Shown: piece after piece, positions 1-10,843 of the stretch
Numbering within the stretch: position 1 is the stretch's first letter
How the letters are laid out: each line of letters starts with the position of its first letter
Assembly (NCBI GenBank): GCA_009780995.1
Contig: WQYY01000001.1
Span: 1-40,313 of the forward strand
Length of the DNA: 40,313 bases
Direction of reading: 5' to 3'
DNA from: Desulfuromonadales bacterium
GTDB taxonomy: Bacteria > Desulfobacterota > Desulfuromonadia > Geobacterales > DSM-12255
Position numbers and translations under genes: made by a program
The notes under the pieces: generated by a model
Told to the model about the DNA's origin: nothing
The model's input: only the letters and a program-made list of their open reading frames with translations
Database searches by the model: none

Positions 1-44
1 ACGCCTTGCCTATTTCTCAAAATCCAATTTGGTAGAATCAATTC

Positions 45-215
45 TTGCCTAATTCTCTTGTTACTTAGACAATTAGGCAATCATTCTTCGCCTGTTTTGT
101 ACATAATATAATTTCTATTAGCTGAGGTAATACCTGAGCTGACAGGTAATTATAATCCTGCATTATAACTATGCTAAAGTTGCCTAATTATCTATTTACA
201 AGTACGATTAGGCAA
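45..215. repeat. 171-bp composite intergenic element, copy A1: hairpin module TTGCCTAAT-N18-ATTAGGCAA (45-80), 35-nt core (106-140), second hairpin module (180-215)
   Basis: The same three modules recur at 21430-21600 with identical internal offsets (0/+61/+135). The core is 34/35 nt identical, while the spacers and loops between modules are not conserved. Confidence 0.8.
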
Positions 216-449
216 TAAATAATATGTTGCCGATGGCGGCATTCCATATGTTTTTTTGAGCTATTTGCTGCACTTCAAAACAGAGCCAATTTTTTATTCT
301 TCATCAATCTGCCTATCGGCAGGCGACAATCCCTCTTAAAAGCCGCCTGCAAGCCGTTCTATCTCAGAATAAGGGATAGCATGCCTTATAAACTTCCTGA
401 AAATTCTCAACAAATTTAACAAAAACCTGAATGAAAATAAGATTTTGTG

Positions 450-478
450 TTGACACATTACACTCTCCCATTTATAGT
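450..478 (+). promoter_or_regulatory. Sigma70-type promoter of the dcw cluster (Pmra-like): TTGACA-17 bp-TATAGT
   Basis: TTGACA at 450-455 and TATAGT at 473-478 with a 17-bp spacer, about 40 nt upstream of the mraZ ATG. Confidence 0.65.
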
Positions 479-486
479 TTTCATAA

Positions 487-512
487 ATGTGGAAAAATGT
501 GGTAAATGGTGG
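487..512 (+). promoter_or_regulatory. Three direct (T/G)GTGG boxes with 10-bp periodicity; putative MraZ operator
   Basis: TGTGG at 488-492, TGTGG at 498-502 and GGTGG at 508-512, each preceded by an A-rich tract, lying between the -10 box and the mraZ start. Confidence 0.5.
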
Positions 513-518
513 CAAAAA

Positions 519-1001
519 ATGACGAAGTTTAGGGGAGTTTACCCCACTACAATTGATGCTAAAGGGCGAACCAGCCTTCCTTCTAAGTTTAGAGAGGTTA
601 TGGTTGAGAGTTTCCAGGATGATAGGTTTTTTCTGACGAACTCATCTCCAACAGACCTTGGAAACGGGAACTTCAGCTCCGGTTTGCTGATTTTTCCCTA
701 TAATTCATTCTCTAAGTTTGAGGAGGATTTTCAAAATAGCAAGGGACTTACATCTGCTCAGCGTGAGAGCATAGTAAATATTATTATTAATCCGGCGGTT
801 GAGCTCTCTGTGGATAAGCTCGGAAGATTTCTTGTCCCGCCTCATCTGAGGAAAAGCGCGGCATTAGACCGGGAAATACTTTTTGTTGCCGCTATGGACA
901 AGATTAAGATATGGAGTCTTGCGGAGTGGGATAAGGTTCTCGCGCAGAATATCAGGAATTTCCCCTCAGGGACTGAAGCTGCCGCCGAGCTTGGCTTGTA
1001 A
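519..1001 (+). CDS. mraZ: Transcriptional regulator MraZ
   Basis: Starts [21 protein letters not shown] and carries a second SpoVT/AbrB-like repeat ([14 protein letters not shown]). It is the first gene of the dcw cluster. The GTG at 447 offered by the ORF track overlaps the promoter, so I use the ATG at 519. Confidence 0.92.
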   Translation: MTKFRGVYPTTIDAKGRTSLPSKFREVMVESFQDDRFFLTNSSPTDLGNGNFSSGLLIFPYNSFSKFEEDFQNSKGLTSAQRESIVNIIINPAVELSVDKLGRFLVPPHLRKSAALDREILFVAAMDKIKIWSLAEWDKVLAQNIRNFPSGTEAAAELGL

Positions 1002-1939
1002 TGGATCAATTCAGGCATATTTCTGTTATGCCAAAAGAGGTGCTGAAATACCTGGCCCCTGTGAAAAACGGTTTATATGTTGACGGGACTGTTGGTGGTG
1101 GCGGGCATAGCAGGTTGATTCTTGAGGCAATTTCGCCTGAAGGGAATTTGATAGGTTTTGATCAGGATTCTTTTGCTATTAATGCTGCAAATGAGAATCT
1201 TAAAGAGTTTGGTAATAGATACCGGCTTATTAACAGAAATTTTGCGGATATGGTTGAAGCTCTTGATGAGATAGGTATCAAGGAAATTGATGGGTTTGTC
1301 CTTGATCTTGGGGTTTCTTCATATCAGCTTGATACAGATGAACGTGGGTTTAGTTTTCAGAAAGATGCCCCTCTTGATATGCGGATGGACACTGCAAAGG
1401 ATGTTAAAGCTGCGGATTTAGTAAATAGCCTGTCTCATGGTGAACTTGCAAGGATTATAAGGGAGTATGGCGAAGAGAGGTGGGCCGGCAGGATAGCTTC
1501 CTTTATCTGTAAAGCGCGGGAAGATAAAGAGATCGAGACGACAACAGAGCTTGCTGAAATTGTTAAGGGAGCTATACCGCGCGGGGCATGGGAAGAGAGG
1601 ATCCACCCTGCTACCAGAACTTTTCAGGCTCTGAGAATAGCGGTAAATGATGAATTAAAAAGCCTGGAAACAGGCCTTGAAAGTGCTATAGAGCTTTTAA
1701 AGCCAAAGGGGAGAGGGGTTGTTATCTCTTTCCACTCTTTGGAAGACAGAATTGTAAAGGGAATATTCCGTGGTAAGGGAGCAGGGTGTATATGTCCGCC
1801 AGAGGTTTATATCTGTAATTGTGGGCACTCTGCTGAGGTAACTATCTTAACTAAAAGGCCTGTTGTGGCCACTTCTGATGAGGTATTGATTAATCCAAGG
1901 TCAAGAAGCGCTAAGTTACGAGCCGTCCAGAAAAGGTAG
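1001..1939 (+). CDS. rsmH: 16S rRNA (cytosine1402-N4)-methyltransferase RsmH/MraW
   Basis: SAM-methyltransferase motif [10 protein letters not shown], a TAATG overlap with mraZ, and the canonical dcw position. Confidence 0.95.
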   Translation: MDQFRHISVMPKEVLKYLAPVKNGLYVDGTVGGGGHSRLILEAISPEGNLIGFDQDSFAINAANENLKEFGNRYRLINRNFADMVEALDEIGIKEIDGFVLDLGVSSYQLDTDERGFSFQKDAPLDMRMDTAKDVKAADLVNSLSHGELARIIREYGEERWAGRIASFICKAREDKEIETTTELAEIVKGAIPRGAWEERIHPATRTFQALRIAVNDELKSLETGLESAIELLKPKGRGVVISFHSLEDRIVKGIFRGKGAGCICPPEVYICNCGHSAEVTILTKRPVVATSDEVLINPRSRSAKLRAVQKR

Positions 1940-1947
1940 GAGGATTT

Positions 1948-2283
1948 ATGGCAAATGCACGTACAGCAGCTGATAAAATAGCTGGATCAAGACATATTGA
2001 AGATTTAGCTCCGGGTAACATTAATGTTTTCGGGTATCTGATTCTGTTTATGTTTATGATTACGGCTGTATCAATATTCCATGTTTGGTCAAGGGTACAG
2101 GTTGTAGATGCCAATCTTAAGTTAATGTCGTTGAAAAATCAGTTAAAGGATGCGGAGCAGGAACAGGGGCAGCTTCGCCTTGAAGTGGCGTCATTAAAGG
2201 TCCCTGCAAGAATTGAATCAATAGCAAAGGGGGAGCTTGGTATGTCTCTTCCTACTGAGCAGCAGATTATACAGGTTAAATGA
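1948..2283 (+). CDS. ftsL: Cell division protein FtsL-like (single TM plus coiled coil)
   Basis: 111 aa with one hydrophobic helix followed by a heptad-like region, located between rsmH and ftsI. RBS GGAGG. Confidence 0.7.
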   Translation: MANARTAADKIAGSRHIEDLAPGNINVFGYLILFMFMITAVSIFHVWSRVQVVDANLKLMSLKNQLKDAEQEQGQLRLEVASLKVPARIESIAKGELGMSLPTEQQIIQVK

Positions 2284-2307
2284 CTGTATTCAGCGGAGTC
2301 TGGCTAA

Positions 2308-4299
2308 TTGAGAGATGAACGTGAAAAATGGACACGGCTAAGGATTCGTTTTACAGGAGGGGTATTTATACTCCTTTTTGCCATTACCATTGCCCGGGCA
2401 TTCTATTTACAGATATATGATCATGACCGTTTCGCCAAACTTGCTGAAAAACAGTATTTAAAGGTTGTACAGCTTACCCCGTACAGGGGAACTATTTATG
2501 ATAGTACAAACTCTGCCTTTGCAGTAACTATTGAAATGGATTCTCTTTATGCTGATCCCCATAATATTCAGGATATTCCCGGAACAGCCGCAGCTCTCTC
2601 ACCTATATTGGGGATTCCAAAGGATGATATTGAAAAGAAAATCCGTGCTAATAAAGGGTTTGTCTGGTTACAACGCCGTTTAGAACCTGACATAGCCGCG
2701 CGTGTTAAGGCTTTAAATCTTGCTGGCCTCGGCTTTGTCAAAGAACCGAAACGGTTTTATCCTAATGCTGAGATAGCCAGTAATGTTATAGGCTTTACAG
2801 GTCTTGATCCTGATGGTCTCGAAGGGATTGAAAAGAAGTTTAACGGGACTCTTCTTGGAGATACAGGGTATATGCTGACTGAGCGTGATGCCCTTGGCAG
2901 AGATATTGATACAAAGGATGTAGTGATCCAAAAGGCTTCAAAAGGTGAGAATATTGTTCTTACTATTGATAAAAATATTCAGTATATAACAGAGAAAGAA
3001 CTGGCAAAAGCAGTAATAAACAGCAGGGCAAAGGATGGTATAGCCATAGTTATGGAACCGCAAACAGGTAAAATCCTGGCGATGGCTGATTACCCCACCT
3101 ACAATCCCAATGCTGTTTCAAAAGCTTCTCCATCAGACATAAAAAATAAAGCAATAACGGATGCTTTTGAACCGGGGTCTACATTTAAAGTTTTTCTTAT
3201 ATCCGCCGCACTGGAGGAAAAAGCGATCAGTGCTAATGATTCCTTTTACTGCGAAGGCGGGAGCTATAGGATAGGGAACCGTACCATTCATGACACTCAC
3301 AAGCATGGTATGCTTTCAGTCAGTGATATTCTTAAAGAGTCAAGTAATATCGGTGCCGCCAAAATAGGGGCCCGCCTTGGAGCCGACAGATTATACAGTT
3401 ACCTCAGGGAATTCGGTTTTGGAGAAAAGACAGGTGTTGAGCTCCCGGGTGAATCCTCCGGTTACATGCGGAATAAGAGCCAATGGTATGGTATTGATCT
3501 GGCCACGATCTCTTTTGGGCAGGGTGTATCAGTTAATGCCCTGCAGCTTGCTACCGCTATATCTGCTGTGGCTAACGGCGGAGTTTTGATGCAGCCATAT
3601 ATTGTTGACAGGATATTTGATAATGATGGGAATATTGTCCAACAATCTGAGCCTGTAGCGAGACGAACTATTATATCTCCTGCCATAGCCAAAATTATGG
3701 CAAAAATGATGGAAGGGGTCGCTGCTGAGGGTGGTACAGGAACTGAAGCTTCAGTAGCCGGATATAAAGTTGCAGGCAAAACCGGAACCGCTCAGAAAGC
3801 TGATCCTGTGACACATGGGTATTCAGTTGATAAACGTATAGGTTCTTTTGCGGGTTTTGTTCCGGCAGATAACCCTAGACTGACTATTTATATCGTTATT
3901 GATGAGCCAAAAACGAGCCCTTATGGTGGTGTTGTGGCTGCTCCGGCTTTCAGCGCCATAGCTAATCAAGTTTTAAGATATCTTAGAGTAGCGCCTACCC
4001 AGCCTTTAAAAGGAAATAAAGATGTTATTGAGGTAAAACAAAATGTTAATAAGCCTCAAACTGATGACATGGTTGCAGAGGAAGAGGATGAAACACCAGC
4101 TGACGGTCAGGTATTGAATGGCCTTGTTATGGCAAATTTCCGTGGCATGAGTATGCGACGTGTTTTACAGATTATGGGGAAAAGCGGACTTAATATAAAA
4201 GTTATAGGAAGCGGTCGGGTTGTTGATCAGAATCCTCCCCCCGGACACAAAATCTCACCAACAGACCGTGTGTGGGTTAGATTAGCTCCATCTGCATAA
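2308..4299 (+). CDS. ftsI: Peptidoglycan D,D-transpeptidase FtsI (class B PBP) with a C-terminal PASTA-like domain
   Basis: Transpeptidase motifs STFK, SSN and KTGT, with an N-terminal TM helix. The apparent start is TTG because there is no in-frame ATG nearby. The C-terminal 60 aa resemble a PASTA domain. Confidence 0.92.
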   Translation: MRDEREKWTRLRIRFTGGVFILLFAITIARAFYLQIYDHDRFAKLAEKQYLKVVQLTPYRGTIYDSTNSAFAVTIEMDSLYADPHNIQDIPGTAAALSPILGIPKDDIEKKIRANKGFVWLQRRLEPDIAARVKALNLAGLGFVKEPKRFYPNAEIASNVIGFTGLDPDGLEGIEKKFNGTLLGDTGYMLTERDALGRDIDTKDVVIQKASKGENIVLTIDKNIQYITEKELAKAVINSRAKDGIAIVMEPQTGKILAMADYPTYNPNAVSKASPSDIKNKAITDAFEPGSTFKVFLISAALEEKAISANDSFYCEGGSYRIGNRTIHDTHKHGMLSVSDILKESSNIGAAKIGARLGADRLYSYLREFGFGEKTGVELPGESSGYMRNKSQWYGIDLATISFGQGVSVNALQLATAISAVANGGVLMQPYIVDRIFDNDGNIVQQSEPVARRTIISPAIAKIMAKMMEGVAAEGGTGTEASVAGYKVAGKTGTAQKADPVTHGYSVDKRIGSFAGFVPADNPRLTIYIVIDEPKTSPYGGVVAAPAFSAIANQVLRYLRVAPTQPLKGNKDVIEVKQNVNKPQTDDMVAEEEDETPADGQVLNGLVMANFRGMSMRRVLQIMGKSGLNIKVIGSGRVVDQNPPPGHKISPTDRVWVRLAPSA

Positions 4300-4314
4300 T
4301 TACAAGCAGAGAGA

Positions 4315-5835
4315 ATGAAACGAGGCGTCATGAAGTTTTCAGAGTTAATACGCTCTGTAGGGCTATCACTACCAGAATCCTGCAATGATCCTGATATAAA
4401 GGATTTACAGTGTGATTCTCGCCGTGTAACTCATGGCGCGCTCTTTTTTGCTTTAAAAGGGGCCCTGTCTGACGGCCATAAATTTATAGATACTGCTGTT
4501 AAAAATGGCGCTGTTGCTGTTATTGCAGAAGAACATGGCTCAATTTCAGATGGAATTGCAGGGGCATATGTTGAAGATGCAAGGCATGTTATGGCGCTTA
4601 TGGCTTCTCGTTTTTTTGGGGAGCCCAGCCGTCAAACTCCTTTGGTGGGAGTTACAGGAACTAACGGAAAGACAACTACATCACACCTTATAGCAGGAAT
4701 TTTAGATGCTGCCGGAATTCCTGCTGCTATTTTGGGAACTGTCGGATATGGCTTTGGCGCCCTTAAAATTCCTGCCCCTAACACTACTCCAGAATCAATA
4801 GATCTTCAGAGAATATTAAAACAACTTATTGATAACGGCGCGAAGAGCGCTGTTATGGAGGTCTCTTCCCATGCTCTTCATCAACACAGGGTTGATGGCT
4901 GCCATTTCAAAGTGGGAGTTTTTACAAACCTGACAAGAGATCACCTTGATTACCATTTAACAATGGAAGCTTATCTTGCAGCTAAGGTCAGGCTTTTTGC
5001 GGAGTTTCTTCCTGAATCCGGCGGAACTGCTGTCATCAATATTGATGACGCTTACGGGCCGGAAGTCCTTGCCGCAAGTAAGGTTCCTTTTATTACTTTT
5101 GGGATAAATCCGTCAGCAGATGTCTCTATTAAGGATTTAACGCTTAGTATAGATGGTATAAAGGGAACTTTTATAACCCCTTATGGAAGTTTTAACGGCC
5201 ATTCGACTCTTCTTGGCCGTTTTAATGTTTCAAATATTCTCGCTGCCGTTGCGGCAGGAGTGGCCTTAAAGCTGCCATTGGAAGCTATTGAAAAGGGGAT
5301 AGCTCAGTTCAGACAGGTTCCGGGCAGAATGGAGCGTATTCCGAATGATCTCGGCATAACTGTTGTTGTTGATTATGCCCATACAGGCGATGCCTTGGAA
5401 AATGCCATAAAAACTCTCGCAGAAGTCTGTAAAGGGAGAATCATAACTCTGTTTGGCTGCGGCGGAGATCGGGATAAAGGTAAAAGGCCTGTTATGGGGG
5501 AGATAGCCGGAAGTTTAAGCGATCTTAGCATAGTAACTTCAGATAATCCGAGAACAGAGGAACCTGATGCCATCATTGCGGATATTCTTAAAGGGTTAAA
5601 AGGAGTTGGAATAGAAGAGTATACTGCTTCGCAGCTTTCTGAGAGCTTTGATAAAAAAGGTTTTGTTGTGATTCCTGACCGCAAAGAGGCTATAAAAAAA
5701 GCAATAAATGTTGCCGTTTCCGGTGATGTGGTTCTGATTGCAGGGAAGGGGCATGAAGATTATCAGATAACAGGAACAGATAAACATCATTTTGATGACA
5801 GGGAAGAAGCTTTAAAAGCCCTGAAAGAACGATAG
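4315..5835 (+). CDS. murE: UDP-N-acetylmuramoyl-L-alanyl-D-glutamate--2,6-diaminopimelate ligase
   Basis: Mur ligase P-loop [11 protein letters not shown] and a DNPR motif. dcw position. Confidence 0.95.
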   Translation: MKRGVMKFSELIRSVGLSLPESCNDPDIKDLQCDSRRVTHGALFFALKGALSDGHKFIDTAVKNGAVAVIAEEHGSISDGIAGAYVEDARHVMALMASRFFGEPSRQTPLVGVTGTNGKTTTSHLIAGILDAAGIPAAILGTVGYGFGALKIPAPNTTPESIDLQRILKQLIDNGAKSAVMEVSSHALHQHRVDGCHFKVGVFTNLTRDHLDYHLTMEAYLAAKVRLFAEFLPESGGTAVINIDDAYGPEVLAASKVPFITFGINPSADVSIKDLTLSIDGIKGTFITPYGSFNGHSTLLGRFNVSNILAAVAAGVALKLPLEAIEKGIAQFRQVPGRMERIPNDLGITVVVDYAHTGDALENAIKTLAEVCKGRIITLFGCGGDRDKGKRPVMGEIAGSLSDLSIVTSDNPRTEEPDAIIADILKGLKGVGIEEYTASQLSESFDKKGFVVIPDRKEAIKKAINVAVSGDVVLIAGKGHEDYQITGTDKHHFDDREEALKALKER

Positions 5836-5848
5836 GAACTGAATTTGA

Positions 5849-7255
5849 ATGTTCAGACTTGATGAAATACTGAAAGCCGTAAACGGAAAGGTAACAGGAA
5901 CCTGTTCTGAAGGTGTAACAGGGGTTTCTACTGATTCAAGAAGTATAAAACCCGGAGAACTCTTTATTCCTTTGAGAGGGGAGAAGTTTGACGGGCACAG
6001 ATTTATAAATGATGTTGTTAGCAAAGGGGTAAAACTATTTATTGCCGACAGTGATTGGGTCAAGGAGAATGAGGTACCATCAGATTCGGCATGCGTCGAA
6101 GTTAAAGACACTCTGAGAGCTTTGGGAGATCTTGCCCATTTTCATAGAATGCGTTTTTCAATCCCTGTTATAGGGATAACAGGAAGCAACGGCAAAACAA
6201 CAACAAAAGAGATGCTGGCTTCTATTCTGGAGATCGCGGAGCCCGGATTAAAAACTGAAGGTAATCTTAATAACCTTGTGGGGTTACCTTTGATGCTTTT
6301 TAAACTGACTAATGAGCATAAATGGGCTGTTCTTGAGATGGGTATGAGTGAATTTGGCGAGATTGACCGTCTTGCCGAAATTGCCGCTCCTCAGATTGGA
6401 GTTATAACAAATGCTTATCCTGCGCATCTTCAAGGGGTAGGGAGCATCGCAGGGGTTGCGAAAGCCAAAGGAGAGCTTTTTCTCCGGCTTCCTGCAGAAG
6501 GGACTGCAATATTTAATCATGATGACCCGCTGATAGCAGCTTGCCCTGTGGCCGAAGGTGTGAAAAAAATCGGGTTCGGACTTCATGATTCAGATGTAAC
6601 AGGCTCTTATCCTGTTCTTGAAGGCGCTAAAGGTGAAAGCTTCCACTTAACGATAGGAGAAGAGAGTTCATCAGTTATGTTAAAGGCCTTTGGAGTGCAT
6701 AATGTAAGTAATGCTCTTGCAGCGGCGGCAGCGGCATATGTTAAAAAGGTTCCTTTTGAGCAGATTGTTAAAGGGCTTGAAAATTTCAGGCCGTATGGGA
6801 AAAGATTCAATCTTGAGGATTTAGGGCCGGTTGTACTTATTGATGATAGCTATAACGCTAATCCGGCCTCTGTAGGGGCTGCCCTTTTAACCTTTCAACA
6901 ACTTAAAGGTGGCCACAGGGCTATCGCGGTTCTTGGAGATATGCTTGAGCTGGGTGATGAAAGAGACAGAGCTCATTCAGATGCAGGAAAACTGGCGGCA
7001 ACCTGCGTAGACCGATTATATCTGTATGGAGAGATGGCTCAGGTTGTAGCTGAGGGAGCTAAAAGTTCCGGTCTCTCTTCTGCTGAGATAATAATCGCTT
7101 CCGACCGTGAGGAGATTGTTGCCGATATAATAAAAGACCATATAGATGGTGATTTTATACTGGTTAAGGGTTCCCGTGGTATGGAGATGGATAAGGTTGC
7201 GGAAATGTTAAGATCTAATTTTAGTGACAGCTCTTATACGAGGAGGGCTTACTAA
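5849..7255 (+). CDS. murF: UDP-N-acetylmuramoyl-tripeptide--D-alanyl-D-alanine ligase
   Basis: Mur ligase P-loop [13 protein letters not shown]. dcw position. Confidence 0.95.
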   Translation: MFRLDEILKAVNGKVTGTCSEGVTGVSTDSRSIKPGELFIPLRGEKFDGHRFINDVVSKGVKLFIADSDWVKENEVPSDSACVEVKDTLRALGDLAHFHRMRFSIPVIGITGSNGKTTTKEMLASILEIAEPGLKTEGNLNNLVGLPLMLFKLTNEHKWAVLEMGMSEFGEIDRLAEIAAPQIGVITNAYPAHLQGVGSIAGVAKAKGELFLRLPAEGTAIFNHDDPLIAACPVAEGVKKIGFGLHDSDVTGSYPVLEGAKGESFHLTIGEESSSVMLKAFGVHNVSNALAAAAAAYVKKVPFEQIVKGLENFRPYGKRFNLEDLGPVVLIDDSYNANPASVGAALLTFQQLKGGHRAIAVLGDMLELGDERDRAHSDAGKLAATCVDRLYLYGEMAQVVAEGAKSSGLSSAEIIIASDREEIVADIIKDHIDGDFILVKGSRGMEMDKVAEMLRSNFSDSSYTRRAY

Positions 7256-8331
7256 TGCTTTATTATCTCCTTTATCCTCTCGCTTCTGACGTAAGGTTCT
7301 TGAATGTATTCAGATATCTTACCTTCAGGGCCATATATGCGATGATAACTGCGTTGATTGTCTCTTTTTTAATCGGCCCGTGGGTTATCAGAAAACTTGA
7401 GAATCTTCAAGCCAGGCAGGTAATAAGAACTGACGGCCCTGAATCGCATCTTAAAAAGCAGGGAACTCCTACAATGGGGGGAGTTTTAATAATCGCGTCA
7501 ATTGTTATTCCCACACTTTTATGGGGAGACCTTTCAAACGTTTATATCTGGCTTGCTATACTGATTATAGTCGGTTATGGCGGTATAGGTTTTATTGATG
7601 ACTATAAAAAGGTTGTGCATAAGAACCCAAAAGGTTTAAGTCCAAGGCAAAAAATGTTTCTTCAGGTGCTTCTTGCCACGGTTGTAGGGGTTATCCTTTA
7701 TCTTATGCCGGGATTTTCAAAGCAGGTCTATTTCCCTTTTTTCAAGCAGCTGCACCCTGATTTCGGGGTGTTTTATATACTGTTTGCTATTTTGGTAATT
7801 GTTGGAGCAAGTAATGCCGTAAATTTGACAGATGGCCTGGATGGCCTTGCTATAGGCCCTGTGGCTATCAATGCTGGGACATACATGATGTTTGCGTATA
7901 TTGCCGGGAATATAAAAGTTGCCGGATATCTGCAGATACCGTATGTGGCAGGTGCAGGAGAATTAGCAGTGCTTTGCGGAGCTATGGCCGGCGCTGCCCT
8001 GGGCTTTCTCTGGTATAATTCGTATCCCGCCGAAGTTTTTATGGGAGACGTAGGTTCTCTTTCCCTTGGCGGCGGGCTTGGAGCTGTTGCTATTCTGACA
8101 AAACAAGAAATTCTCCTTGTTATAGTGGGTGGAATTTTCGTTGTGGAGGCTCTTTCGGTAATTTTTCAGGTCGGTTCATATAAATACCGTGGTAAGAGAA
8201 TTTTCAGAATGGCGCCTATTCATCATCATTTTGAGCTTAAGGGTGTTGCTGAACCCAAGATAATAGTGAGGTTCTGGATTATCTCTATTATTCTTGCTCT
8301 TGTAGCATTTTCTACTCTTAAACTCAGGTAG
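7255..8331 (+). CDS. mraY: Phospho-N-acetylmuramoyl-pentapeptide transferase
   Basis: Polytopic membrane protein with MraY motifs ([26 protein letters not shown]) and a TAATG overlap with murF. Confidence 0.96.
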   Translation: MLYYLLYPLASDVRFLNVFRYLTFRAIYAMITALIVSFLIGPWVIRKLENLQARQVIRTDGPESHLKKQGTPTMGGVLIIASIVIPTLLWGDLSNVYIWLAILIIVGYGGIGFIDDYKKVVHKNPKGLSPRQKMFLQVLLATVVGVILYLMPGFSKQVYFPFFKQLHPDFGVFYILFAILVIVGASNAVNLTDGLDGLAIGPVAINAGTYMMFAYIAGNIKVAGYLQIPYVAGAGELAVLCGAMAGAALGFLWYNSYPAEVFMGDVGSLSLGGGLGAVAILTKQEILLVIVGGIFVVEALSVIFQVGSYKYRGKRIFRMAPIHHHFELKGVAEPKIIVRFWIISIILALVAFSTLKLR

Positions 8332-8374
8332 TAATGGAGCGCGGCAGATAAATATTGTACTGAAGCGGTGACAG

Positions 8375-9715
8375 ATGGAGCTTAAAGGTAAAAAAATTCT
8401 TGTTGTAGGCCTGGCGAAAACCGGAGTTGCTGTTGCCAAGTTCCTTGCAAAACGGGGGGGAGTGGTTACAGTAACTGATATTCGTAATAGGGCTGATCTC
8501 AAGCCTCAGTTGGCTGAACTGTCCCGATTCGATATTAATTTTGCTCTCGGAAGCCATAATAAGTCTGATTTTACGTCGGCATCAATGGTAGTAGTTTCAC
8601 CCGGAATGCCTATGGATCACCCTCTTTTGGTAGCCGCTAAACAGAAAGGTGTTGAAATCGTCAGCGAAATTGAACTGGCAAGCCGTTTTATTACAGCTCC
8701 GATAGTAGCAATTACCGGTACTAACGGGAAAACCACGACCACTACAATAGCTGGTGAAATTTTTAAGGCAAATGGTTTTAATACCTATGTCGGAGGGAAT
8801 ATAGGCGACCCTCTGATTGAGCTTGCAGATTCAGATATGAAGGCAGAGCGTGTTGTAGCTGAGGTCAGCTCTTTTCAGATGGAATGGATATCCGGTTTTA
8901 AACCTGCTGTTGCCGCTCTTCTCAACCTTAGCGAAGACCATATGGACAGATACGCAACATATCAGGATTATGTTGATGCCAAGTTAAGGATATTTGAGAA
9001 TCAAAGCAGTAACGAATTTGCGCTGCTTAACTGTGATGACGATCAGGTTATGAAATCAACTCTCCGGATAAAGTCGAAAATATTCCCTTTCAGCCGAAAG
9101 AGAGAGCTGGAAGAGGGGATATATTACAGGAATGAGAGGATCATATACAGATTTGACCATAAGGAAATGGTTTTTCCTGTAAAGGATATAAAGCTTAAAG
9201 GTGTTCATAACCTTGAGAATATCATGGCCGCCCTGGCGTCCGCTCTTCTTCTCGGCTGTAGAGAGAAAGAGAGCCTTGCTGCAATAAATAGCTTTGAAGC
9301 GCTGCATCACAGGATGGAGTTTGTAAGAAGGGTTAATGATGTGGAGTATTTTGAAGATAGCAAAGCTACGAATGTAGGGAGCGTTCTGAAGGCCCTTGAA
9401 AGCTTCAACAATATAACCCTTATTGCAGGAGGAAAGGATAAGGGGGGCTCTTACGCCCCTTTGGCAGAGCTGGTAAAAGAGAGGGTGAACTGTCTCGTTC
9501 TTATCGGAGAAGCTGCAGACAGAATGGAAAAAGAATTGGGATCTTATACAACAGTTCATCGTGCCAGAACAATGGAGGAAGCGGTAAATATAGCTTCGCA
9601 AATAACCTCTGGGGGTGGGACTGTTCTTATGTCTCCGGCATGTTCAAGTTTTGATATGTTTAAGGATTATGAAGAAAGGGCAGATAAATTCAGGGAAGCA
9701 GTAAATAGGTTGTAA
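8375..9715 (+). CDS. murD: UDP-N-acetylmuramoylalanine--D-glutamate ligase
   Basis: N-terminal Rossmann motif GLAKTG, P-loop GTNGKTTTT, and dcw position. Confidence 0.95.
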   Translation: MELKGKKILVVGLAKTGVAVAKFLAKRGGVVTVTDIRNRADLKPQLAELSRFDINFALGSHNKSDFTSASMVVVSPGMPMDHPLLVAAKQKGVEIVSEIELASRFITAPIVAITGTNGKTTTTTIAGEIFKANGFNTYVGGNIGDPLIELADSDMKAERVVAEVSSFQMEWISGFKPAVAALLNLSEDHMDRYATYQDYVDAKLRIFENQSSNEFALLNCDDDQVMKSTLRIKSKIFPFSRKRELEEGIYYRNERIIYRFDHKEMVFPVKDIKLKGVHNLENIMAALASALLLGCREKESLAAINSFEALHHRMEFVRRVNDVEYFEDSKATNVGSVLKALESFNNITLIAGGKDKGGSYAPLAELVKERVNCLVLIGEAADRMEKELGSYTTVHRARTMEEAVNIASQITSGGGTVLMSPACSSFDMFKDYEERADKFREAVNRL

Positions 9716-9727
9716 CGGGATCTTTTT

Positions 9728-10843
9728 ATGAGGCTGGGGATATTTAAGAAACTTGAAGGATACGACATGGTTATTCTGATGATGGTGATTGCCCTCACCT
9801 GCTTCGGAGTGGTCATGGTTTATTCCGCCTCATCTATCATGGCGGATAAAAGATTTCATGACAGCTTCTATTTCCTGAAGCGGCAGGCGATATTTGCGGT
9901 TATAGGTTTTATAGGGATGTATATCGCCATGCGGGTTGATTATCATGTATGGCGGGTTGCAGCTGTTCCGCTGCTTATTATATGTATGCTCTGTCTGGTA
10001 ATAGTTTTTATTCCGGGAGTCGGAGGGAGTGTTAAAGGGGCTACACGTTGGATAAAGCTTCCCGGCTTTCATTTCCAGCCGGCAGAATTAGCAAAGCTAT
10101 CTCTTATTATTTTTATGGCATACTCCCTGGACAGGAAACGGGATCAAATCCGCTGGTTTAAAGGGCTTTTACCGTATATGCTGGTTTTGCTGGTAATGAT
10201 AGGCCTTCTTATGCTGCAGCCTGATATGGGCTCTTCAATAACCCTGGCCGGTGTAGCTATAATAATGCTGTTTGCGGCCGGTATGAGGGTATCCCATATT
10301 GTTTCTATTGTCCTTTTTTCCATTCCCCTCCTTTACTACCTTATTATGCATAAGGAGTACAGAAGGCGGAGGATTCTCTCTTTTCTGAACCCATGGGCTG
10401 ATCCGGAAAATACCGGATTTCAGATAATCCAGTCGTGGCTGGCGTTTGGAACAGGCGGCGTCACAGGTCAGGGGCTTGGTGAAGGGAAACAGAAGCTTTT
10501 CTACCTTCCGGAAGCTCATACGGACTTTATACTTTCCGTTATTGGAGAAGAGCTTGGATTTGTAGGGACGGTAATAGTTGCGGCAATGTTCCTGCTCCTT
10601 ATACACAGGAGTATAAGAGTTGCTATTTACGCTGAAGACAGTTTCGGACGTTTTCTTGCTTTTGGAATTGCCATTCTTATCGGCGCCGAGGCTTTTGTAA
10701 ATATTGCGGTTGTTATGGGGCTTCTGCCTACGAAAGGGCTTGCTTTGCCATTTATAAGTTATGGGGGGAGTTCCCTTATCCTTACTCTGTTTGCAGTCGG
10801 TATTTTGCTGAATATATCCAGCAAGATGAGGGGAGTGCCATGA
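9728..10843 (+). CDS. ftsW: SEDS-family peptidoglycan glycosyltransferase / cell division protein FtsW
   Basis: Polytopic FtsW/RodA/SpoVE family signature (PDMGS, LPEAHTDFI, GLLPTKG) between murD and murG. Confidence 0.92.
   Translation: MRLGIFKKLEGYDMVILMMVIALTCFGVVMVYSASSIMADKRFHDSFYFLKRQAIFAVIGFIGMYIAMRVDYHVWRVAAVPLLIICMLCLVIVFIPGVGGSVKGATRWIKLPGFHFQPAELAKLSLIIFMAYSLDRKRDQIRWFKGLLPYMLVLLVMIGLLMLQPDMGSSITLAGVAIIMLFAAGMRVSHIVSIVLFSIPLLYYLIMHKEYRRRRILSFLNPWADPENTGFQIIQSWLAFGTGGVTGQGLGEGKQKLFYLPEAHTDFILSVIGEELGFVGTVIVAAMFLLLIHRSIRVAIYAEDSFGRFLAFGIAILIGAEAFVNIAVVMGLLPTKGLALPFISYGGSSLILTLFAVGILLNISSKMRGVP

Noticed and set aside
447-518. GTG-initiated extension of mraZ
   Set aside because: It overlaps the -35 and -10 boxes and the GTGG boxes. 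MraZ proteins begin close to the FRG motif, so the ATG at 519 is used.
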